64,000 nucleotides of DNA, taken from Octopus sinensis (lineage: Eukaryota). The position numbers and the translations under genes were made by a program. The DNA lies in the NCBI RefSeq assembly GCF_006345805.1, contig NW_021832232.1, positions 372,001 to 436,000 of the forward strand, read 5' to 3'. Of this stretch, positions 48,386 through 64,000 are shown in pieces. The notes beneath the pieces are model-generated. The model was not told the DNA's origin. It worked only from the letters and a program-made list of their open reading frames with translations, and searched no databases. The first letter of the stretch is position 1; each line of letters begins with the position of its first letter.

Positions 48386-48623
48386 TGGTTTTTTTTAAAT
48401 AAAAGTGCTGTTTTTTGTACATTTTTGTATTTTAAGAGGTTATTGATTGTGCACTTAGATCGTTGTTGAGGCGTTGTTTTGTGTTGTACTAGTGACGGCA
48501 GTTGGATTAATAATTCATTTAAGTAGGCTTGACAACGATTATTTTTATTATTGTTAAATCGCCTGTGGTGTTTTAAAGAATCAGGTTGATTGAATTTCTC
48601 TTGGGATTGATAGATAAGAATTA

Positions 48624-49283
48624 ATGGAAGAACATAATATTGTGGTGATGGGAAGTGGGGGAGTTGGAAAAAGTGCTTTGGTTGTTTATTAATTCTAATC
48701 TTTCACTACAGACTATGCAGTTTACTCAGGATATTTTTGTCATCAAATATGATCCTACCATAGAAGATTCATACTGTCGTAATAAAGGTAAAAAAGTCTA
48801 TTTTTAATATTTTTATGTCAAACCATAAAATTTTAGTGATCGATAACAAAGAATGTGCATTGGAAATTCTTGATACGGCTGGGACAGAACAATTTTATAG
48901 TGTCTATGAAATGTACATGAGAAAAGGGGATGGGTTCCTTCTTGTCTACTCAGTTTCTGAACCTCAAACATTTGATTGGGCTCAAAACTTATATAAACAG
49001 ATCCAGGAATATCACGCTCCAAATAAAGTCCCTGCTGTGATTGTTGGAAATAAGTGCGACATGGAATCTTCAAGAAAAGTCTCTACGGCTAATTTATTAA
49101 CTCTTGGAAAAACTCTTGGAATTCCTGTTTTTGAAACTTCTGCAAAAACTGCAGTGAACGTCGAACGTGTAATTTATTGGAATTATTAATTATTATTAGG
49201 CTTTTTGTGAGATAGTTCGTCTCATTAGGTCAAAAAAACGTTCACTAAAATATACATCGAAAAGAAAATGCACAATTATTTGA
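48624..49283 (+). CDS. Rap-like small GTPase
   Basis: GSGGVGKSAL, YDPTIEDSY, DTAGTEQF (Rap-type T61), GNKCD, ETSAK, CAAX CTII; three introns. Confidence 0.9.
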
Positions 49284-50444
49284 TTTTTTTAATAAATTTG
49301 TGAAAAATATTAATTTTAATAGTTTTCCTTAATCTTCTATTTTTTCAATCCCTAGTTTCTTGATAAGTAATTATTTAGCAGATAAGCAGCTATTATATTT
49401 GTGAAATAATCCAAAAAATGCGGTTTTACAAATATTTCACGATGTGTACACGTTACACCTTAAAGTATTAAAAAATAATAAATGGACTGCAAAATTTTCT
49501 AAAAGTGTGTTAATCGCAGAACTGAATGTTAATTTATGTCTTTTATTAAATATACTTAAAATGACGTAGAGATTATGTATAAGAGGTTTTAGCAATGGTT
49601 AAGGATAATCCTTTTAAAATCCATTCAGTTTTTAAGATAAAGAAAATATAAATTAGACCACTTTCTAGTAAATAATTTCATTATCCTCTCCTGTCTGATA
49701 AAAATGGATTTCAATTCAGTATACTAAAAAAACCAATATCAATCACATACAATAACAACGAAAATATTAATGATTTTTTTTTCATTGTGAATATTTTGAA
49801 TAGAAATATTCCCAAATGAACCTAAAATAAATTACTTGACAAGAATAGTTGAAAATATATTCTCGAAAAGATATGCAAAAAATTGTGAGGTTTTCTTTGC
49901 TTTTAAAAAAATCTTAATACAAATTTCACAAAACTAGTTTTAATGTTTTTCAAATTAACTAACAATTCAATCACAAAAAAATAGTGAAAAACTTAATTGA
50001 AAAATATTTTTTTATTATATTTTCGAATTCAAGTATTCACCACATAATTACTTAGTTAAAAAATAAACGTCATCTTTTCTGCTCTCATCTGATTGAAAGT
50101 ATTTAAGTGGATTTCTAGATCCAAGAAAATTTTGAAAATCGGAAAAATTATAGAATGATCATTAATGTAGTGAAAATTTCCAGATATTTTGTGGATACCT
50201 TCATTATTTTTGATCAAATTTCAAGACCACTATTGAATAAATCTGAAAATAAAATTTGCAGATATTTATATAATTCTTGATACAAACTGACATTGCAAAA
50301 ATCATTCAATTATATAATGGAATAGATTTGCATTGTAAAATCAATTTTCAGTTAAAAAGAATTATCTATTGTTTGAAAGTATTGAATTCCAAATTATCGA
50401 ATAAAAATGAGTGTGCTCACCGATTATTCAATAAAACAAATTAA

Positions 50445-51705
50445 GGTACTTTTGTAGTAGTCTACAGCCATTTTTTAGCGAGTTTCAAAAAAATACTATT
50501 TTTTCCAGTGATAATATATGTGTTTTATAATTAATTACTATAAAAAATGAATTATTTAAAAAATGAATTATTTACTAATTTTTTTTAAATATTTAACTCA
50601 TTTATCCTCCACTTTGGTCTGAGGTGGCCAGCATATTGATATAGCTTCGACAATTTTCTCAAATTCCTGTTTCTTGTGTTCTTGCCTCCAGATAAATTCT
50701 GAGAAGTAGCTATTCATATGCCTGCGGACAGTCCCTCTCTGTCTCTTATTGCGCCATTTCGCGCTCCCCCACATTCTATTAACTAATTATTAATTTCAAA
50801 CCGTTCAATGTGTTGTGTGTGTGCTCCCGTAGTAGAGTCGACAAAGTAGTATCTGTGATTCACAGTTAAATGATGATATCCTGCACTTTCAAGAAATTCC
50901 GAAGAATATCCTTTCCAACAGTCCGATATTAAAATAGTTCCTTCTTCAACATTGTTCAATATCGCATTGAGAGAGTCTCCATTGTACGGTCTGGGATCAT
51001 CTCAAGGAAACAGCTTTTTGTCTCTCGACATATCCCTCCAAATACCCATTGCTTGGGCAATACTCGGCCTTTGTTAAATTGCGTTTTGAGAAATGACTCT
51101 CATCTATCTCGACTACCATTCCTTCACCTCCTAATACTATTTAAATATACACTAACCTATTTTCCTTCTTCGACGAGATGTGAGTGATTGTATGCAAATA
51201 TCACGAAGGTACATCGACCAATCCACAGTCGTATGGCCAGCCCACCCCAAATTGTCTGAACACACTTTGACCGATGATATGTTATTGGCCCACAAGAAAA
51301 TAAATCTTATGATATCCTCCAAAGGTACTCTGGCTCCCTCTAGCCAAGTTCCTGTACATTTTTACAACGTATTTTATACCGGCTTTCAATCCAGAACTAG
51401 TTCTGCACTCTCTTTTGTGACAATACCATACCGGTGGATTGCACATTCTGAGGGACATCGAGTGGCCGCGGCTGCATAACTTGACGATAGGCACTATTCC
51501 ATTAGTTTGCAGGAATTTTGTGGCTTCGGTAGTGTCTTTTGGTAAATTGAACAGGTTGAGTTCACGTCTCATTTAAATTTATAACACGTTGGATTATTAT
51601 TTTATTTTATAGTAATTAATTATAAAACACATATATTATCACTGTAAAAAATAGTATTATTTTGAAACTCGCTAGAAAGTGGCTGTAGACTACTACAAAA
51701 GTACC
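50445..51705 (-). mobile_element. Second Merlin family element with perfect 8-bp TSD
   Basis: TIR ggtacttttgtagtagtctacagcca; TSD caaattaa at 50437-50444 and 51706-51713; transposase KIGGEG..VEIDESHF, QWVFGG, SDCWKG, disrupted. Confidence 0.93.
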
Positions 51706-52029
51706 CAAATTAATTCTGTTTTCACTCCACAACTGTGTCATTCAAAAATGACTCAAGTCCTCTTATTATTGTTCCGGAAATTTATGGTCTTGAATTATAG
51801 TCTAGACATTTTGATTGATCTATTCCAATCATTGTCAATCGTTTTGGCAGAATAAAGAATAAACATGCTTTCATTATATAGACATGCCTTCCAATGTTAT
51901 TAACGCTTCTGTAGACAAATAGAATAAAACTTAAAGATTGAAGTGATATCTATTTAATAAAAATAAATTGCAGCTGAATCCCCTAGATTGAATTTAAATT
52001 AAAAACAAAAAATAAATCAGATAGAAAAT

Positions 52030-53049
52030 TTATATCAGAGAGCATAGATATTCGCCTATTCCAAGATAATAGACAGTTTGAGCAATTCCAAAAAGAGGGG
52101 CGATCACCATCGCACGACATGCACCTCCCTTAAACAGAGCTTTGACCCCTTCCTCGACTAAAATCTTCCTAAAAATATTATAAAAAATGAATTAAACTTA
52201 AAGCAATCAAAAATCCCCAAATACATTGTACAAGCGTCTCCGGTAGCTCCTTTTATAGTTTGAAGTCTAGTTTTGACAACTTGAATAAATAATTATGATA
52301 ACCATCAAAGGGCGTGACCATCACTGATGAAGCAAGACCCGAAAGCAAACCAGATGCGAATGAATGGTAAAACGGAGCGGTTTTCGAATCATCTGTGATA
52401 CCCAATTTATTTAAATTGGCAAATAATGGAAAATATAGACAAGAGAATGACACGTCTCTCAATGCTGTGGCACCCAATCCCCGATATAGTCCTAATAAAC
52501 CTCGTTGTTTCAGCAATTCTCCCGCCAAGTGTATTGCTCCGCGATTTTGGATATTCCCAGTTCTACCCGCATCCTGGAGTTGAATTTTTAGAAGTTCCAT
52601 CGGAGTTGTAACAATTATTTGACCACCACCTGCTAACCCACCGGCAAGAACTTCTCTCCAAAAAGGCAAATTTCTTAAAAATTATGTAAAAATAAAACTC
52701 ATTTTCTGTGGAAAGTAAGTGACGGAAAAAATCATTTCCTACCAATTTGATAGCCTTTTCGGGTGTGATCAATAAAAGATTGACTGCAGACCCTATTTTT
52801 AATTACGATTCAAGTTTACCCCGATACATTCCAAAAAATCCTTCTTTTTTGAAGGTTTTGACGCCGCAGTCAAATCTTAATTATTAAAGGTTAAACAAAC
52901 ATATTTTTGTAAATACGATTAGATTCCTTTTGATTTTGGAGCCGAGTTTTAATTAGATCAAGTGGGAACACACAACTGACTCCAATAATTCCGGCGATTC
53001 CCCCGTTAATAGTTTTCGGTAATAATTTAAAATTTTCACCCATTTTCAT
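52030..53049 (-). CDS. SLC25A22: Mitochondrial glutamate carrier
   Basis: [74 protein letters not shown]; five micro-introns. Confidence 0.93.
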
Positions 53050-53395
53050 TAAACGAGAAAATATATTAGCGATATAATCTAATCTATAAAAACACGATTA
53101 TCACGTTGATTTATTCAAAAATATCATATAAATATTAAAAAGTAAATAAATTTTATTAAAACAAAAAATAATTTATATTCCCTTTGGCGGAAAAGTGACT
53201 TAAGCTTTGAGATCTGACCCATTTGATGACGAGCTTTTAGATTTTTAACATTAAAAAATATCGGGGGTTAGTGACTCATATTTTTATAAAATATTTAACT
53301 ACGCTTTAATGACATGACATTTGCGGTTTTTTAATTTTAAGTCATAAAACAAAATTTTCAAATTTTAAGAAAATAATAATTACATCAACTAGAAG

Positions 53396-53660
53396 TTAAC
53401 AAAGCCATCCATCAGAAGTGGAGCTCGCCAACATTATCGACGTTGCGTTGCCTCTCAAGATAGCAACAGAGATCAACTGGAGAAGCCACAGGGTCTCACG
53501 TATGTCGTGGCTTTTTAATGTGGCTAAGCGTCCAATCTTCTTTAGGAAGCGAAGCGATTTCCCACTTATTCCTCCAGTTGTCTTGACCACAATCGAATAG
53601 AACGCGAATCGGTCTCGCAGCGCTTTGTATTTTTTCTTCTTTGCTCTCAGTGATAAAAAC
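53396..53660 (-). mobile_element. CRE-clade 3' fragment
   Basis: KKKYKALRDRFAFYSIVVKTTGGI..WLLQLISVAILRGNA. Confidence 0.8.
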
Positions 53661-54355
53661 GAACTGCAAAAAACGATGCCAATATTATATATGTTTTGAG
53701 GATTGTTAGTTCAATTTGTATGATCACTTTATTTAAATTTTCACCTTGTTTTATTTATAAAATAAAATTCTTCTATTAATTGAAATTGCCAAATTTGTTA
53801 GTTTTATAGCATAATCAAGAAATTAACAGTTTATAATTTGTGACGATTTTATCTACAAAAATAAATCACATTTTTTTGCATAAAAATTCTAAAAAACCAC
53901 TAATTATTATTGATGATTAACTTAGTGATTTAAAGAATCTAATTAATTATTATCATGGGAAATTATAAATCAAACATTTTTAAAGAGCTATAATTTCCCA
54001 GATGAAAGTTTCCACAGTGTTTGTAATGAATTTTAATTAAAAATGAAGAACACAAATATATAAAGTTAAAATGAAAACGTTTTTGAGATTTAATCGAAGT
54101 ATTAATTTAATGAACAGAATTCTTCATGCGCTACATAATTTATTGATTAACCAACTTCTGTAGTCAATTCAGATTAATTGATTATCTTTTTTTATTTTAA
54201 AGATAATTCCTGGATTAATTAAGAATTTTCTAAATTCTAAAAAAAAGCCTTTATGACAAACAAATCTACAATATTATTTGACAAGTGTAAAGACCAAAAT
54301 AAATTATTAAATAAATCATGTTAGTTATGTTAATAAAACAAGCTTTGATGAATAA

Positions 54356-57692
<3,337 letters not shown>

Positions 57693-58344
57693 TTGTCTTT
57701 CTAATTAGTTCTATTGATTAAAAAGTATTGACAACCAACTACTATGTGGCCTCTTGCTTATTTGAATGTATTAATTAATGTTTCTGGGTTAACCAAAAAA
57801 ATAAAATATTCAAAATAAATTATTTAAAATAAATTAAGTTTATTATTTATTCAATGCAATGATTTTAATAACAATAACAGCAAATTATATCATCTTTATC
57901 TATTCTTCTCGACTGCCTTAATTATTTGAAAAAAATTAATTAAATATTTTGAATAAATACATTTGCCAATTAATTATTTAATAACAAATAACAAATCGAT
58001 TTCATTTATATTTTTTAAAGACTGTTTCATTATTAAGTGCTTTCAATAAATCAATTATTTTTATTTATTCTTAAACAAAATAGGTCCTTAAATTACTCAA
58101 CTAAGAATAACACAAAAAAGACATCGTAATTTTATTGTTGTGGATCTGCTCAATTTTCATTATTTTGGAGTTTCTGATTTTAAAATTCTTTATTGAAAAT
58201 ACAGAATTCATATTACAGAAAGCAATTTTTTGGAATTTATAAAATTGATTAATCGGGTAACGGAATTTATGATTTTTATTTCTGGATTCTGAAAATAATT
58301 TTGAAATGTTGAGACTAATTTTAATTTTAGGAAATATTTTACAT

Positions 58345-58510
58345 TCATAGACGGGAAAACTTCCTCCGCAAGCTCTGGGACAAAATCTCCATGCACACTT
58401 ACGATCCTCGGGAGGTGGACTGGCTTTTCCAGTGGTTCTCGATCGCCGTTCTCAGGGAGAACAGTTTGGCAATCTGTCAGACCGCTGATCCTCCCATCGG
58501 CTAAAAAAAC
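58345..58510 (+). mobile_element. CRE-clade 3' fragment
   Basis: FLRKLWDKISMHTYDPREVDWLFQWFSIAVLRENS followed by an A-run. Confidence 0.75.
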
Positions 58511-60347
58511 TTTTATTAATTTTTAAACAGATTACTTTTATGACAGTTGTATTACTTTGGGTTATCAAGGCAGAAAATATGAACGAGTTTAATAAGCGTC
58601 CTGATTACTAGTAAGAGAGAAAAAAACAAATTAGAAAGGAAAAACGTATAGATTAATGGCAAATAAGTAATATAACTTGTGTTTAGGAAGAAGATGAAAT
58701 GGGAACCAGAAGTAGCTATTTCTGTTATATCAAACGATTTCAGCAAAAAAATTTTGCCCAATTGAAAATTAGTTTGGAAGGATATTCGCGCAGATGAGAT
58801 TGTACTTGGCAAAACTATTCCGACCATTATGCTTAAGGTCTATTTATTAAACCATTCATAGCAAAAATTTAAACATATCATCAACTGTTTTTTTTCGTAG
58901 ACTTTTATTAACTGGATATTTTTAGGAGGACATTCTTCAATTAATTCACCTCCTAATACAGCATTAAGAGCAAAATTAAGATAATAATTGTAAACTATTG
59001 ACTTTATTTAATATTCAATTTGTGTTTGCTATTGCTATCTAAGAAATAACCTTACACATCCAAATAAAATTGTCCAAGGCTAAAAAATTGAAATCAAATC
59101 TGTCTTATTAGGAGATTCTCCAACATATGAAATTATTTTTTGACATTTCCTACATAGTGTTGAATAAGGGTGACGGGAAACAAAAAGATGCCATGACACT
59201 GTTTTCTTTTTTGAAAGGAAGTACTTAGTTCGGCGGACTTGACGTGCATGGACTTTTTATATATTCGCCAAGTATTCATCTTTTACAAATGATTATTTTT
59301 TTATGGCGATTGCGAAAAGGCCTCACATGCTTCGAAAAAATTCTTAGATTTAAATTTTATCTGAAGCTTCAGGAATACGGAAAAACATTTTTTAATTCAA
59401 AGAAGTCGGATAATTTTCAAACTATATTAACCCAGTTATTTAAGCATATCGTGACATTATTGACTGTCATTTAATTTGGGATAGCCATTCCTTCATTGCT
59501 TTTGAGATTTTGAAAACTAACAATGGTTTTTTGTAAAATTGATCTTTTCATATCAATATTCTCTGAGATTGAATTTATCGAATTGTGGCTGAAAAATAAA
59601 AATATTTGTCAAATCAACATGTTTTTTCAAAATATTGGAAAATATAATGTCGATTCACATAAGTAAGTAGTCAAGAAAAAAGACATCATTCGGTGATCGT
59701 ATTTTTTGTTGTATTTCCTTCAAAATGTTGATTTTGTTTTTGTAGAATACACTAAAAAAATTAATATCCTTCAAAATTTTATCACCGACTCTACGATCGC
59801 AAGTTCCTCGCCCCTGTTTTAAACTATCTAAACTAGTACTCGATCCAATCAAGTCATATCATCACTCAAATATTACGCTCACTAAATAAATTCATTAAAC
59901 AGTGAAAATATATGCTCAGCCCTCCAAAGACAGCTCGTATTATATTCTCTTTTTCAATTAATTTCCTGCATCCCGAAACTTATTTGGAGTTTAAAAATAG
60001 CTCGACATGACAGAAGTAAAAAACAGGCTAATATTGAATGTGATTTCCTGCAGAAATATTATCAGGATGTATGTGGGTCAAACGTATGCCGTAAAATTAT
60101 ATCAGACGAATATTGGGCGAACTTATTTTGCTAATCTTCGTTATTAACACCTGATTACCATCAACCCAAACAAAATAAATACAAGTATATAAGATGTAGA
60201 AATCTCAATATTTATTAGAAACAACTCAAACGCATTTTAAGACAAGAAATTATTGTTTATCATCAAAATGTAGTTACTAACCACGATTAACAATTCATCA
60301 ACCATTAATAAAAATTTTTTATTATAAATCATTTAACTCGGAATAAA

Positions 60348-61223
60348 TCACCGCTTAGAATGGAGTGGATTGAATTGACTATTATAAGGTCTCTTCCGAT
60401 CATCAATGACAGCAGTATCCACACTTGGCATTGGAGTACCACTTCGCTGAGCCAACAACTTTTGTACTCTCAGACTCTCCTGTCTTTCCCTTTTAAGTCT
60501 ATAAAACTAAAACAAACACAACTAACCGTTCATTCCGCAAAGTATCAATTGACTTACGACTTTGTTCTTGTTTCTTTATAGAATCATCCTTTCTTACAAT
60601 CGACTGGTCCTTCGAGGTCGCTCTTTTTACGTCATTCAGAGGATCATAATAAGACTTCCTTTTCCGATCACTCTCAATCCCAGAATCCTCCAAACTGTCC
60701 TCACTTTTACGCAATCTGGCAGATTCGAGGTACCAGGGGACACTTAGATCTGACATAATCAAATATTTCAGACAAATACCAGGATTGTCCCTGTTTAATA
60801 CACCCAGGTAGTTGAGATAACCAATTTTCTTTTCCCAATCTTCTTGTGAGTCCTTTTTTTCTTGCTCAGTTTCGGCGTTTTTTAAATACGAGGCTTTAAG
60901 TCCCTTTTCTTCGTCCATAAAAAAGTTGACGTGTTCCGTCAGTTCAGTTTTTTTAACAATTTTTGCGTTTTCTGTCACGATTGAGGGATCTTTGGCAGCA
61001 CGGGAACGAAGGAGTCTTAAACGATACTCAGAATCCTATTTTTATGATTTTAGGAATGAGCAATACAGCCAGGTCGATCTTTCGCTGCTCTTCCATTTTT
61101 TCTGCGAGAGCCTTGGCCTCATCCTCTCTCACAATGGCAACGTTGTGTTTATTTCGAACATGCCAGCTAATATAATTAATATTATTAACTAATAAATTAC
61201 CTTTTCTTTGGATTAATATTCAT
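60348..61223 (-). CDS. LENG1: Leukocyte receptor cluster member 1 homolog (CIR_N family)
   Basis: [48 protein letters not shown]; four introns of 28-34 nt. Confidence 0.9.
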
Positions 61224-62781
61224 CTACAACAACACAACAAAAACAACAACTGTTAATCGATATTAAACCTTTCTTTATTATAATAAAATAATTTAAAATT
61301 AAATAATTAAAAATATTAATAAATATTATAAGTATTATTCAAATTTGCACAATGTCTTTTTCACTCTTTTCATGCACTCTTTTTACGGTGGCCTCCAAAG
61401 TCGTAGAACCTTGTTTGTAGAACAATCCTAGATTGTATTTTTGCAAACGTGAACTGAATAAACTAAACTCGAAAATATTCCAACGACATCTTTTTACGTT
61501 TGATAAGCACCCTGTTTCACATACCTTCAAACCGCGACTTAGAAAAATACGAGTAAAAGCAATTTTTTATCATATTGTTGCCTTTTTTAGATCAAGAATG
61601 TATGCGCATCAAGGTTTGCCTGTGTATGCTCTTCGCTACAATTTTTTTGACATCAAAAGGTATCTTTAAAGTCTAATGGAAAATTTTTTGCAGCCTACTC
61701 TGAAGCTTGCTGGACTACAAACCGGGCCACCTCGAACTGGTTTGAAAGCTCAAAAACTAAAGGATTACGCTTAAGTCCGAAATCATTATCCTCATTTTCG
61801 TAAACTCAAAAATCTTACCAGAAAAATTTGACAAAAAATGAAAAAAAATGAACGGTGCTTAGCTTTTTCGCGATCCTTTGACAAAGCTTCATCGAGAGAT
61901 TTTAAATTTGTGTCTTAAATCAATAAAATTTAAATTAGCTACAATATTATAAATACATTTCCCAATTTTTTGACAATGAAAATAGAATATTGTCACTGAC
62001 ATGTAAAATTCCAAAATTAAAATTGATAATTGAACATTACATTGTTTCTAACTAAGCCAGAGTGATCATATCAGTGAAAGAGGAAATAGAAAAATAAATT
62101 TGTTTAAAATATATAAAAATTAGTTTTACTTTTAGTATAGAATGTCGCCGGATTTTGGAAGGACCACTCAAAAAATTGCATGAATCATTTTATTTTATCT
62201 TGAAAATAGTTATAAAACAAATTAGACCATGTTTTAATACTTTCTGAAGCTATTTCTGATTTTAGCGTATTTCACAAAACAAACTTACCCTTCTACAGTG
62301 CTTTTTAAATAACTAATTTTATTTGATTAATACAAGCACCTCGTCCGCTCAAAAACCAGGTTCACTCAAAAACCGGTGAAATACAATAACTTCACTTTTT
62401 TTATATAATTCTTTAATAATTCAATCATTTTCATGTCATAGTCAAACTCCCGAATTTACTTCAGAGAATGATATTAGACTATTCAATTGGGAAGATTAAT
62501 TGGTGTTTCATACAGAATTTAAACACATCAAGGAAACTAGAAAGTTTGATTTTCTTGGCAGATTCAATTGATGAAATTGACTATTTTTATTAATTTGATT
62601 ATATCTTATATCTGATTGACAGACAGTTTATCATTTACATCATGTTAAACGATTTATCAAATTGATTTTAAAACACTCAAAAATTAAAAATAAATTTTTC
62701 GAAAAGACAAAAAAGTTCATTTTTACATCAAATCAGTAGTTGGCGTATAAATGCAAACATGAGTTATAAACAAATATATAA

Positions 62782-64000
62782 TCAGGAGAGTCCTATCACT
62801 TCCACAATTTGAGACATGAAATCACCCCCCTTGACCAGTGGGACATTCTCAAATGTGTCACAATACTCCGATCTGCCTTCGTACAAGTCCTCCTGAATAA
62901 ATATAGCCTCTCCACCACTACAAATAGAACATAGTTATCACCCTCCTCCCACAACAAGCATTTCTATATCGCCTGCAATATACATTTCCTGACTACACAC
63001 AGTCTGCCCTTGTCTCCTAATTCCTACCCACGGATATTTGTGCAAGGATGGATAAACAGTGAACACAAATGTCTCTCCCGTCCCATAATACCGCACAGCA
63101 CACGAATTCAGCTCAACAGGCGAAAAAAAACCAAATTTCTAAAAAAATTGCCCCAAAATCAACCTCTCCACTAGTTACTTGGAAAAGGACAAAGACACTC
63201 TCCCACTTGGCACATTTTGTGTAAAATGTCTTTAAACTCCACCCATGTTCACTGGTAGTGAATATTAGTGTAGGGTTCATGATTAGCATTCGGGATGGCA
63301 ACCAACTCCAGATTACCTTCAACTGAAATGATATCACAACCACACCTCATGTTCACTCAGAATTTGGGAGGCCACTGGTTTCATATCGGCAATATAGTAC
63401 ATGTTCAGTTGCCGATTTTCACCAACCACGGATTGATCACTTTTGTCAGACATGGATGAGTCTCTGATGACTTGTAACATCAATTTTTCCACTTTTGTCT
63501 TCGATATTGACATTTTGAATGCTTTCTACGATTTTTAGAAGATTAAACAACTCGAAATAGTCTTTCGAGTGAAATGTGGTTAGGACATTCCGGAGAAAAG
63601 TATTTTCTCCACATCAAAGGAGTACTTCCAGTCTCATATCTTCGTAGTCTCAGAAAAGAAAAAAAACCTTTTTCTTATGTAATAAGCAACCGACACTCCA
63701 AAGCGGATGATGACTTTGACCCCCTCAATGGCATAGGAATCCATAATTCGAACCTACTAGACTGTCTGTACAACTATATTACAATATAAGCAAAAGGAAG
63801 AACATAAAACAAACACGAAACCCAATCGGAACCTAGAATAAACCCATTCTAGCATATAAACAGAAATATACATTCAATCGTGCACAAAAGTATTTATGTA
63901 TACGGACAAGACGTTCATTCGAAGCACGGGAGAGACCAATTCCGAACAGTTGATAGTGAGAAAGCAGATTATAGACCACACATACTGTCCTCTCGGGGGA
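62782..64000 (-). CDS. TBC1D24: TBC + TLDc domain protein, 5' part outside the window
   Basis: VRIMDSYAIEGVKVIIRFG (TBC); IWSWLPSR, TSEHGWSLKTFY, YYGTGETFVF, GGGGEAIFI.EDL (TLDc). Confidence 0.8.

Noticed and set aside
58850-60300. Short ORFs between ATP1A and LENG1, and 61339-61669
   Set aside because: No motifs or coherent exon chain could be supported

Overview
AT-rich compact animal genome segment. Host genes are split by spliceosomal micro-introns of mostly 21-31 nt, use the standard code, and include a Na/K-ATPase alpha subunit, class A GPCR and C-type lectins. This best fits a dicyemid mesozoan, but the taxon is an inference. Recognisable host genes: C2H2 zinc-finger protein, TRMT1, PSMC5/Rpt6, two tandem C-type lectin genes plus a third pseudogene, an orphan Ser/Lys-rich protein, a UFD2/UBE4 U-box ligase, TMEM222, a divergent GPCR, NIFK, a Rap-like GTPase, SLC25A22, ATP1A, LENG1 and a 5'-truncated TBC1D24-like gene. 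Much of the rest is transposon-derived: at least 11 CRE-clade REL retrotransposon pieces, RTE, R4-type and Ingi-like LINEs, and Merlin, hAT (Buster-type) and pogo/Tigger DNA transposons, often nested. The most striking system is a LINE 5' end (26129 to 25286, minus strand). It combines a sequence foldable into an HDV-like nested double pseudoknot (apparently decayed), a virus-like 2A StopGo motif (GDVEPNPG/P) and an AP endonuclease, which is the trypanosome L1Tc/Ingi layout. A LINE RT 3' piece with an identical 61-bp TSD sits in a paralogous copy of the same target. Other highlights: two divergent Merlin transposases sharing a micro-intron at one codon, a three-LINE insertion hotspot upstream of one lectin paralog, a twin-primed RTE, and a locally templated insertion. 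All alignments and folds were done by eye; no searches were run.
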